The notes under the pieces: generated by a model | Databases searched by the model: none | What the model saw: only the letters and a program-made list of their open reading frames with translations | What the model was told of the DNA's origin: nothing | Origin: Podarcis cretensis | Lineage: Eukaryota | Length of the DNA: 64,000 nt | Direction: 5' to 3' | Assembly: GCA_951804945.1 (NCBI GenBank) | Contig: OX638149.1 | Coordinates: 77,996,001 to 78,060,000 of the forward strand | Part shown: one piece after another, positions 13,196 through 25,600 of the stretch | How the letters are laid out: every line of letters begins with the position of its first letter | Position numbering within the stretch: position 1 is the first letter of the stretch | Translations under genes and position numbers: made by a program

Positions 13196-16100
13196 TTTAT
13201 TATTTATACCCTGCCCATCTGGCTGGGTTTTCCCAACCACTCTGGGCGGCTTACAGCACATAAAAAATGGTAAAACATTAGACATTTAAAATTTCACGAT
13301 ACAGGGTTGCCTTCAGATGTCTTCTAAAAGCCAGATAGTTGTTTATTACCTTGACATCTGATGGGAGGGCGTTCCAGAGGGCGGGCGCCACTACCAAGAA
13401 GACCCATTGCCTGGTTCCCAGCAACCTCACTTCTCACAGTGAGGGAACCACCAGAAGGCCCTCAGAGCTGGACTTTAGTGTCCGGGCTGGACGATAGGGG
13501 GTAGAGACGCTCCTTCAGGTATACTGGGCCGAGGCTGTTTAGGGCGTTAAAGGTTAGCACCAACACTTTGAATTGTGCTCGGAAATGTACTGGGAGCCAA
13601 TGTAGGTATTTCAAGACCGGTGTTATTTGGTCTCGGCGGCCACTTCCCAGTCACCAGTCTAGCTGCCACATTCTGGATTAGTTGTAGTTTCTGGGTCACC
13701 TTCAAAGGTAGCCCCACGTAGAGTGTGTTGCAGTAGTCCAAGCGGGAGATAACTAGAGCATGCACCACTCTGGTGAAACAGTCCGCGGCAGGTAGGGTCT
13801 CAGCCTGCTTTCCAGATGGAGCTGGTAGACTGCTGCCCTGGACACAGATTTGACCTGCGCCTCCATGGACAGCTGTGAGTCCAAAATGACTCCCAGGCTG
13901 TGCACCTGCTCCTTCAGGGGCACAGTTGCCCCATTCAGGACCAGGGAGTCCCCCACACCCCACAGTACACCTTTCCTGTCAGGATTCAACTTTAAATCCT
14001 TGCAATCCTTCATACAGCATCACAGTGATTTCAGTGAACATCACCTCTATGTCTTGAGACTAATGACTAATTGACTCACTTACCACATGTCTGCTCTTTG
14101 TGAGTTGGGTCCATGCGTACAAATAATTGCATGATGGGCACGAGCTGGATCTGTAACTGGAGGCCGAAATTTGTATCCACAACCATGAAGAAGGATGAGG
14201 GCCTGAAGATGGTGACATTGGCTGTCGAAGTGGAATATAATGAGTTTAGTAATGGGATCAAACATTTCATCAGGTGTCAACTGATGATTCATATGGCTAT
14301 GGCATTTGCTACAGGGGGGGGGGCACGAGGGTATGTGCATTTTGCATACTTAACAATGAGGTAACAACTGCTTATGCTTAGCATTTTAACCATTTTCCCT
14401 AGTAAATGGCCTTCTAGCATAAGAGAAAAGTCCAAAATCCTAAGAACACCAGAAGAGCCTTGCTGAAGGTATCCCTCATGTTGAGAACAATAATAGAGTA
14501 GGAGAGTGAAGAATGATGAATGTCATGTGTTATCTCTGAAAGGAGAACTTACATGCTGAGATAGGCAGCTGGGAAAGGATCATATTCACATACACAACCC
14601 CAGTAGACTTGATCACAACTACCTGGCAGAGGAGAAAGGTAAAGATAATGATGAACAAGTATGGTTAAAAATATCATATGCGCTTGTTTTCCTGTTTCTT
14701 TGGGACTTTGGATGACACTGCTCATGCACATAAACTTCCAACAAAATCCACATTGTATTGCATCTGTAGCAATGAAGCCTCTGACACCAGTTGATTGTGC
14801 TGGAAATGAACTGTTCATGAATGCTCCAACTGCTCAGGAAACAAAGCTGCTAGAATGTCTGGAATAACTTTTATGAGGGAAGGGACAACTGTCAATTGAC
14901 TGGAATTAAATCCTCACCCAGCTCTCTATGGATCAGAGTAGGTTTGTGGGGCAGTCTGGAGAATGGGAAGAATCACAAGGAGATAAGGAAGCAAAGGGAG
15001 GGAGGGAGAAACCGGAAGCAAGTTAGTTGAAGGAAGAGGCACTAGGCCAAGAAACAGTAACCAGAGGAAAGGATAGATATGGGGAAGGAGACTTGAAGAA
15101 AGGAGCATTGGAAACAAAGAAGTGGGAAGAGAAGGAAAATGTGAAGGAAGGAAAGGTGGAGGGCTTGAGGTTGTGGGGCAGTGGGCCTGCAATATTATGA
15201 AATCTAGACTGTGAAAGGACTTACTGTAACCTAGAGGGGAATTGAGGGCCACACAAGGGGACTGAAGTTCACATTCTGATTGGGACAGGTCAGTTGGTTT
15301 ATTGTTAGGAGTAGTAATTGAGACTAGGAGATAAAACTGAGCAGTTCTACACATTTTGCATAAGACAGAACATATTTGCTGTTTCACTGTGGGCGGAAGG
15401 AGTGCTTCTATAAATCAGTGTGTAATCTCCCTTTTGAGCATATAGTTGGTCTTGTTTTCCATACTTACTGTCTCTCCTCCATCTATGTTGATGGCGATGC
15501 CTTTCAGGCAGGTCTCGGTGTCTGTCAGGCCACATTTTCGAATGTCTCCCAGAACAGTGAAGGCCTTACTGTCACAGAGCTGGAAGTGAAGAACACAGTG
15601 TAGGCAGCATGCAATGCTTGGCTTTTTATATAACCATTACCGCATGGCTTTTGAGCTAGCTGGGTTGTTTATTTAAAATAATGACAGCCTGCTTTTTGTT
15701 GTCAATATGGGGAAACTTCCCACAATTAAAACAATATAATGTCGTTTTTACAACACGTTGCTAACATGTTTTAAAAAACAAAGTATGATATAAATAAGAC
15801 TAAAACGTGATAATTTAGCAAGTCAAATATCATGCCAAGTTCCTATGGAAGATTAAGAGCTTGCCTAAACAAGCATACTTTACCTTGTATTTGAAAGGCA
15901 AGGAAGATCATAGAATTGACATTTCTCTTAGAAGGGTGTTTCACAGAATAGGAGCCAGTGCTGTAAAAGGTCTATCCCCTGCTCCCATTGATATTTCATT
16001 GCAAGGAGCTAGCACATGAATAGGGCATCCTCCCCTATTATCTTAATGGGCAAGAGGGCTCATGAGGTAAAAGAGCTCCCAGTGTTTTGCTGGACCAACA

Positions 16101-19100
16101 CCTCCAGATGCTGCTGAACTACAACTCCCATCATCTCTGACTGTCCGGAGGCCACAGGGTCCCCATCCCTGGCTTAGGGCTTTATACAGGAAGTAATCTG
16201 AGGAGAGGTGCTGATTTGAAGTGAAAGCTTCTGGACTGGATGTAAACTAAATTAGTCAAACTTTAGCCCCATTGAAATTAAGTATTGGCTAAGCTCAAGT
16301 CCCATTAATTTAATGGGAACTAAGTCCAACTAGATGGGACACGGGTGGCGCTGTGGGTAAAACCTCAGTGCCTAGGACTTGCCGATCGCATGGTCGGCGG
16401 TTCGAATCCCCATGGCGGGGTGAGCTCCCGTCTTTCGGTTCCAGCTCCTGCCCACCTAGCAGTTCAAAAGCACCCCCAAGTGCAAGTAGATAAATGGGTA
16501 CCGCTTTATAGTGGGAAGATAACGGCGTTTCCGTGCACTGCGCTGGTGCTGGCTCGCCAGAGCAGCTTCGTCACGCTGGCCACGTGACCCGGAAGTGTCT
16601 TCGGACAGCGCTGGCTCCCGGCCTCTTAAGCGAGATGAGCACGCAACCCCAGAGTCGGACACGACTGGCCCGTACGGGCAGGGGTACCTTTACCTTTACC
16701 TTTTTAAAGTCTAACTAGCCAACCTAGCAGTTCGAAAGCACGTCAAAGTGCAAGTAGATAAATAGGTACCGCTCCGGCAGGAAGGTAAACGGTGTTTCTG
16801 TGCACTGCTCTGGTTCGCCAGAAGCAGCTTAGTCATGCTGGCCACATGACCTGGAAGCTGTACGTCGGCTCCCTCGGCCAATAAAGCGAGATGAGCGTCG
16901 CAACCCCTGAGTCGGTCACGACTGGACCTACTGGTCAGGGGTCCCTTTACCTTTACCTTTAAGTCCAACTAGCTTAGTCTCATTCGGCGTTTTGTGAGAT
17001 GAGCCTTGTCAATGAGGCTGTGTCCTTCAGATGTAGCATACACATAAAATCTATAGGGACTCAGACCCAAGATTTTCCAGGCCCCATTCCATCTCCCCAG
17101 CCACTAAAAAACATACTATGTGCTTGGTTTCCCAGTCTGAGAAATACACTGCAATACTTAAACAGCAGTGAATTAAACTAGCCTTCCGCAACCTAGTACC
17201 CTCCAGATGTTTTTGGATTCCAACTCTCATCATCCCAGACCAGGGCCATGCTGGCTGGTGCTGAAGGGGGCTGTTGACCAAAATATCCAGGTTGAGGAAG
17301 GCTGAATTGAACAGTTGCATGTGAAATCCCCAAAGCATGGCAACTGCAGTTCTTTCCTATGGGACTTTTGCAAAAGCCTGCTGACATCAACGTACTTATT
17401 TTATGTTGGACTCTTTGCTGGGGTTTCCAGTGTACAGAAAATTACTGTTGATGTCAATAGCTTAATTAAATCAAACCTTTTTCCTGTGACATTCTAACCA
17501 AGCCATTTTGATCCCTGCATGTGGGGATTTCTCCATTGCAAACCTCCCCCAAAGTTAAATATTGCCTTTTGGTTACCTTAGTTAAGACATAGCTACAGTC
17601 CCCAAAGACCGAATAACGTTTCTCATCAAATGTGGAGATGTGGGAGCCTCCTTCAACTGAGCACATTCCAGGGCAGTCAAGGCTGACACAGGCCCACTGG
17701 CCTCCAGTACATGTACTGAAAAGAAGAGAGTGGTGTGCATCAGGTGACAGTGTACACAAGGAAAACAAAACAAGCAAAAAAGAAAAGTACAATAATTAAA
17801 GCTAGGCTATTTTAATACACTCATTTCCCTTTCTTTAAGTGCTGCTGTAGGTTGTGGTCTTTTATTAATGAACAACTTTTCTGTAGGTAATCCAATGTTC
17901 CTTGATGAACTATAGCAATGCTAATAACTGTTTTTGAAAGACGTTGAAACAATAAACAATAAATAATAACCCGTGTATTCCTGAAGGCTTCATACTTCAA
18001 AACACGTTGCCAAAGTGGGGCCCTTTAGTTAATTTTGGAATAGAAATGGATTAATGTCGCATATTTGAACAAAAGCCTCTTTAAACCTTCATCTCCTTCA
18101 TATACAATATGAGTGCATTCAATGGGTTGTTGTTTTTTTTATTTAAAAAAATAGGGTTTCTCCTCCACCTCCTCCTTCACAATGACATTAACCTGCTCCT
18201 TAAAAAAATCCTCAAATATCTCCTATTCTTTGTGAATTTTGATGTCAAATATACCTGGAGGGATATCCTAGAAACAGCAGGATATCCTTTGAATATGGAT
18301 ACCTGTACTTGACATTCAGCCATATTAATTCACTCATATTAATCTGATGCCTGTCAGTTGGTGTTTTTTCAGTATTTTGTAGCTTATTTTGTTTCATATC
18401 ATTTATAGTCTACCTTTCTTCTGTTACAGAACCCAAGGGAGCATCCATGTGGCTCCATGCTGCAGTGTTTTAGCATTTGACGCAATTGACACTAAAGTAG
18501 TAAACATCAATACTGAGATTCTTTTTTTAATACCACAACATTTTACGCTTGAGTCATTATTCCCATCACATTTATTTTTTAGGCAATAGGAATGAGCAGA
18601 TGTGGGTGTCTTACCATGCAGTGCACTGGGATGCAAAAGAAGCTCCAGGAGAATAAGTGTCTCCATTGTAAGTACAGTGACAGTCCTTCACAGCGATGCA
18701 ACCAGAGCTGCTTATGTCATCGAACACAGTGCCTAAAAGAATAAGGAGGTAGGTTAGGTATCAGTTTCATTATTTTTAAGATCTGTGAGGCACATTCCAC
18801 CATTCCACTGACTTTGGTATTGTCATGCCAGACTCCTGATGGCAACCTACCATGTTACCATTTTCCAGTAGCTCAAGAAATTGGCATTGTGGGAGCTGCA
18901 TTATGTGGGATGTAAACCACTTGGAGCAGTCAAGTACAACATTCCTTGTTTGGCTAGAGTGGACATGCAAGGGAATGTTTGGTTCAGCCAGTCAAAACTT
19001 CCTGTCTTCCTGGCCTGGAGCATCCTTCCTTGCATGTGACTAGTAGGTGGGCATGACCTTTCCAGACCTGGTAAAAGGCAAGTCACCCTGCTACCTTCCC

Positions 19101-19569
19101 CTTTTCGACCTTCCCGTTTGTCTTGTCTGCTTCCTGCATCACCTGGACTGTACTGCTGGCTGCCACAGCAGTTCCCTATGTTATCTACCATATGAGGTAA
19201 ACCTGTTTGTACATGTGTGTACAAACGGCCTCGGTCCAGTATACCTGAAGGAGCGTCTCCACCTCCATCATTCTGCCCGGACGCTGAGGTCCAGCGCCGA
19301 GGGCCTTCTGGCGGTTCCCTCATTGCGAGAAGCAAAGCTACAGGGAACCAGGCAGAGGGCCTTCTCGGTAGTGGCCCCCGCCCTGTGGAACGCCCTTCCA
19401 GCAGATGTCAAAGCGATAAACAACTACCTGACATTCAGAAGACATCTTAAGGCAGCCCTGTTCAGGGAAGTTTTTAACGTGTGATATTTTACTGTATTTT
19501 TGGTTTTTATGGAAGCCGCCCAGAGTGGCTGGGGAGGCCCAGCCAGATGGGCGGGGTATAAATAATAAA

Positions 19570-19610
<41 letters not shown>

Positions 19611-22600
19611 GTGTGTAACTTTAAGCCTAAAGCCTGCCTTCAGAGATCACACTGTGCTCTGCCTGATCGTGAGTAAAAGAAGAGAAGAAGAAGAGTTTGG
19701 ATTTGATATCTCGCCTTTCACTCCCCTTCAGGAGACTCAAAACAGCTAGCATTCTCCTTTCCCTTCCTCCCCCACAACAAACACTCTGTGAGGTGAGTGG
19801 GGCTAAGAGACTTCAGAGAAGTGTGACTGGCCCAAGGTCACCCAGCAGCTGCATGTGGAGGAGCGGAGACGCGAACCCGGTTCCCCAGATTACGAGACTA
19901 CCACTCTTAACCACTACACCACACTGGCTCTAACTACTTTTTGTTACTTATGAATAAGACTGTGGTGTCTTTATTCTTTTAGGAGGGGTTGAAAAGGGGT
20001 CTTATCAGGAATATTAGAACATATCTCAACCTGGGCAACCCAGATTGAATTGTTTATTGTCTTAAGAAACTCACATGAGTTTGCAACCAGTTTCCTGCTC
20101 TGTAAGAAGGGGAACGCACTCTAGCAGAGTGAAGAAACTTGCTAGTGCAAGTTGGGAAGGATATTAATAATCAATATATCCCTTCCTGCCACCCTCAACA
20201 TTCCCACACATTAAACACCTGTAATAGTAGTAGTAGTAGTGTGTGTGTGTGTGTGTGTGTGTTCTTGACCAGGTTTGCTTTGTTTTAAGAGCATACAAGC
20301 TACCATGCTGGATCAGTTCATTGAGCCATCCAACTGAACACCCTGCCCTCATAAAACTTGCCAGTCATTCACTCTCAGCAAAGTTCACAGGAATTTCTTT
20401 TTCCCTCTTTCTGCTAATACTAGAACTAAGCATCACCCATTTTAAAAAATGAAAAAGAATGATCTTTTTGATTGTATGTATTTCTAGTTTGCCTTTCTGC
20501 AAGAGTGTATGACCTTTCCAGCAAGAAGTATTATAAAATAATTGAAAACATTTTAAAAATTAAATTAAAACATGCAACGAAGTGTGCATATATTAAATTT
20601 TTAATTTGCCTATCCACAAAAGCACTCTATAAAGATATATAGAAAAAACAAGATCCAAAATAAATCCAAAAGTGGGGGGGGGGGAATTAAGAACCACCCA
20701 TAATTTTCATAGCAGAGGAGCAGAGGATAGCAATCATGACTATCTCATTTAAAACTGTAACTGAGGAAGCTGTTTTCTATGGAAAGCTATTAATATCCAG
20801 AGCCCCTGCTGTCAGCCTCATGTTGTTTGTTGACTTACCTGGTGGACAAAAGCAGCCATCTGTACAATGATCTTCACAGAGCTGGGACCTTTCGGGATTG
20901 GTACAAGTATTAGAACAGGGGGAGCCACATTCCTGGTGCACCATATTGAAAGGGCATGTCTTGGCTGAAAGGAGACATGAATTAAGAAACATTAGATGAC
21001 CCGCTATGTAATTTTTGTGTTGGTTGTTTTCTTGAGGTGAAATTGCTTTAAACAAATGGTGTTTTATGTTCTGGTGAGGTTTTTTTTTTAAGCAGGAGTA
21101 TGGAAAACAAGCCCAGTGAGGGGGAAATTAAGAAACTGGGTATATGTATACTAGGCAGAGACAAGAAAGCACACTTCTAATACATGAAGAACTGTTGCAC
21201 CAAACAGGGAAAAATTGTGTCTTCTGCTGCCCCAGAGGACAGGACTAAATCAAATGGGCTTAAGCTACAGGGGGTAGACTTCAGTGGAACAGGAGGAGAA
21301 TCTTTTTTGATGGAAAGTTCTATTCAAGAATGGAATCCATTGCATGGGGTTGGAGAGTTCCCTCTCTCACTAGAGGTCTTTAAGCAGAGGCTGGGCGCCA
21401 TCTGTTGGGCTTACTGGATTTCTGTATTAAGCAAAGGATTAGGCTAGACGGCCTACAACAGTGCCCCCCACATTATGATTAATTGAGTCTGACCCAGAGA
21501 GGCAGAAGTGCCTTTCAGAGATACTTACCACACAGATCTTCTGTCCTCCATTCCATTGGCAGTCCACCAGCATGGGCACATTGCCGGGAATATTCAGCAA
21601 AGGTGTTGCAAATGCAGTAATCAGTGGCAGACTTATCACAGCTGCACAAGTCTTGTACGCAAGCATCAATGTAATCTTGTACTTCAACCAGTGCATTGCA
21701 GCCCATGAATGCTTCACCAGTCAATACTGTTTGGCAGACAGTACTCTGGAAGTAGGAAATAGACAGTGTGTGTAATCAATGGGCTTCATAAAGTGCCAGT
21801 TAGCTATTGAACTACTACTGATTTTAACCAATGATATTTGTAAGTTAGCATTTATTTCCAAAAGTTCATTGTCTCAGTGTCTTTTGCATTCCCTGAAGAC
21901 AAAGCAAAGGGAAAGAAAATATCAGATCTCCCTTAAAAAGAAGGTACAACAAAAAGAATCCTTACAAACTCCTGACTGCAATTGCTTGCAGCTGAAGGGG
22001 CAGGATCTTGGCATTCTTCGGTGGGTCCATCCATCTTCTGCATGTTTCCAAACTGCACAGGATTCAGTTTGATGTCTGCAATAAGTATGAATAGCATTAT
22101 TTTCAAAATGGTCATCCTAAGATTGTAGTTAGAGCAGGAGTAGATAGGGTACAGCCAACCCTACTGGTCCAGGGTGGCACAGGCCACATCTTTATTTTCT
22201 TTATGCCAGATAAGTTTGGCAGATGGATGTAGAAGCAAGAGCTTGAGCCCATGAGGTGACAGCCAGGTCAACTACTGGAAAGATATATTTTACAAGTCCC
22301 CACCCCTACCCATTTACCTCAAGAAAGCCCAGATTCTTGTCCCATACCTATGCATTAACAAATTCCAAGTTGTGATTAATCTAACAGCTATAGTTCCTAC
22401 TAAGGCCAATGAGGTTAAAGTAAAAACACCCACATCTGTCTGCATCATCTTGTTGGCAATCCCAACCAAGATGCCTTCCTGGCCACATCAAACCAGAAGT
22501 TGCTCAAGATCCATGGTGAATTCCCTGCTGGATGGGCTGTTATCCTTTAGGACAGATGGGTTGGTGCATAAGGCCAAAAACAGAATGTAGGTCTGCCCTC

Positions 22601-25600
22601 TTTCAAACTTCCATGAAGGAATCCTACCCACGTCTGCCTTGAAAGATGCTGCATCCCAGACTAGCACTATGTAGTGGCATAGGTCAGGGAGACAAGATAT
22701 AGCCAGGTCAGAAACTTGGAGGAGGATGTTCTCTGCTACATCATTACTCCCCTTGCTTGACACAAACTCAGGAAAGGGCCATAGCTCAGTGGTAGAGCAA
22801 GTGTTCTACATAGAGAAGGCCCCATGTTCAATTCCTGGTGTCTCCTGGTAGGACTAGAAGAGACCCATGTCTGAAACCTTAGAGAGCTGACACCAGCCAG
22901 CATAGACAGAGCTAAGCTAGATGGACCAATGGTATAAGGCAGCTTCCTATGTTCGTATATTCGAAGTTGGGAGCCCCGTTCCCACATTAAAAAAAAATAA
23001 AAATACTCATGTTTTAAAGATGTAATAGACCATTTACAGAATTAGCTACAAAAAGACAGGGAAAACAAAGACTGCAATTTTTGCAAGAGATCACTTCAAC
23101 AGACGAGCCTTGGTCCTTTTAAAATGCCACACAGCCTTTCACAAGTGTTTGCCAATATAAACATTGCCGTCTTACAAATGAACTTTCAGAAGCAATAACA
23201 ACAGAATTGCCTGTGTGCGTTGTTGTGGGGGGGGGGGGGGTTGTATACTTACTGTTAGAAACAAATTCATTGAAAGTTGAGATTCCATTGAAGTCTCCAC
23301 AAAGTCCACAAGTCTGATTAGCATATTTCTCATTCAGTTCAAGCTAAAACAAATGGGGGAAGCAAGAGATAAGTATAGTGAAAGCACAGAGTGTTGAATA
23401 TGATGAATAAAAATGAGAGCTGATTGCTGGTTTTGCATGAGAGTGGTGAACAACTGATGTATAGATGAACCCAATATTTACAAGCTGTTTGAGCTTGTAA
23501 ATATTTACTACTTGACTGAGCTAAATTTGAATGGCTCATTTTAATTACTCTCTATTCTTAGAACAGTTTCCCCTTCTTCCTTGAACCCTTCCCCACCACA
23601 TCATCTTCCATCTTGGTCTGACAGGCTCCCCAACCCCCTGGAACAGATTTGAGTGGGGGCATGTGGGCCTGAAGAGAGAAGAGGGAAATGGGGGGGGGGG
23701 GGAGGAAGCACACTCATCACTTCTGCCTGTAGGAGTGTCTGGTTAGTGCAATTCTGCCCCTTCAAGTTTTGATCCAACCCACTGAATTAAGATATTAACA
23801 TGATGAAACATAATGACCAGACCACCAAAGAAATGATCCAAGAGCTCAAGAGAGCAAAAGGATATATTGAATAATCATTCTGGTTCACAATATCAGGCAT
23901 GACTTATGAAGTCACTCATGAGTAAAATAAAACAAAAACAAAAAACAACCCCTTTAAGAAAATCTCAAGAGTTGTAGCTATCTTTACATTTCACTTTTAA
24001 AATAGTCTGAATTTAAGTGCTGGATTGTGCTTGTGCTTTCATATTCTAAATGAATGGCTCAAGACTTTTCTCTAAAAAATATGCACTCAGGAATGCTGAT
24101 TACATGAGAAAAGCGATTAATTTTTAGCAACAGCTTTCATCTTGTTTTCCCCCTCTTTACTAAGAAGAAGGTAATCTTGCATTAGGTAATCTTCGATGCC
24201 GAATACAGGCAAATTTGTTTTTTCCTAATTTCAAAACGAAATGGAGGGCATCACATCTAAACTGCAAATACTTTTAATCACCACTTACTTGCTAACAAAC
24301 ACAAGATAAATAGTGTCATGGTTGTTCATTACAAAACAGCATATTGAGCATTCATATTCTTACCAGAAGGCCATCCTCTTGGTTCCACATGATCACCAAG
24401 CCTAGCTTGGAAACAATTTTCAGGTAACCTGAGACTGTCTCCATCAAGATTCCCAAGTGGCTGTAGGGCAGCTGGACACTGGGGATAAAGCAAATTGCAA
24501 CTGAAGGTGGCAAATAGAAAACCTCTCGTTGACAAAAACCTAATTCATCTTTTTAAGAACATTCATGGCATCCCTTCAATATAAACAGACACATGGTTGA
24601 AGCATATGAAACTACCCCATTCTTATATGACTTGAAGACTGATGTGGCCCAGTTCTAACCATGACTATTCTCATGCAAAGACACTTTTCTCTTAACACTT
24701 TCACTTATAAATCAGCCTTATTCCAGCACTTTAGGTGCCTGATGATAGGATTATGGCTCTCTGAAAACACTGGAGCCTGTGAACTACAGCTACAACCAAT
24801 AAAAGCTGTGGCATTTATAACCCACCTTGGACTATGCATAGCTGTTTGCTCCTGTACCACACAGCCACTCTGTGTTGTTGGCCCCAATAGCATTAATAAG
24901 GTCGTTAGTAAAGTAACTGAACTTACTGTTCTGCATTGACAGTAATGGAGTGTGGGGTCAGTTCAATGGCTGCTCCATCAATTTTTATGATGATATGGCT
25001 GATAATGGCAGCATTCTCAACCACAGAGCGCCTTATTTGGATGTTGAAGTCTTCATAATCAGATTTGCAGTGGGAGGAAAAGACGTAGTTGCAGGTGCCA
25101 GGGAAATGGTAGATGTCCCCATCAAACGTCTTGAAATGGAAGTTGCCCCATGTGCTACACACTCTCCCATTGTGAGCAGGGTTTCCGGCTGTGGATTCAA
25201 AATAATCTGTAAGGTTCTACCCAAATCCTTCGCTCACCCACCTACCCACCTATCCATTCAACCAAGAATCATCCTCAGTTTATCTTCAAAATCTACATTT
25301 CTATAAAATATGGCCACATGATATTCTTTTATTTGCTCTTGATCTGTTGTTTGACCTTGAAGGGAAGCCCATGGGTTGTTTCCCTTTCCTTTGTTTCTTC
25401 CTAGTCCATTTCTAACCGATAGGATACTAAGGTTCAGTTTTGCAATTTTCCTTTCTGGAATACAGCTGCTAAAGAGCCTTTGAAGTGAATGGAATGGAAC
25501 TTGAATCAGTGGGAGGAATCCAACTTCTTGCTAATGGAATAGTTCCTTTCCGTCAAGGAAAGCATTTCAGCTTGCCATATGGAATAACCCCCCTCCCTTC

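Noticed and set aside
14926-15387. 153-aa Pro/Ser/Leu-rich ORF that could pass for a mucin PTS exon
   Set aside because: It is a purine/pyrimidine-biased intronic tract; exons 12 and 13 join in frame with continuous VWD2 sequence without it.
22776-22850. tRNA gene
   Set aside because: A and B boxes are present, but the sequence runs into a SINE body repeated elsewhere in the window, with no cloverleaf end or terminator.
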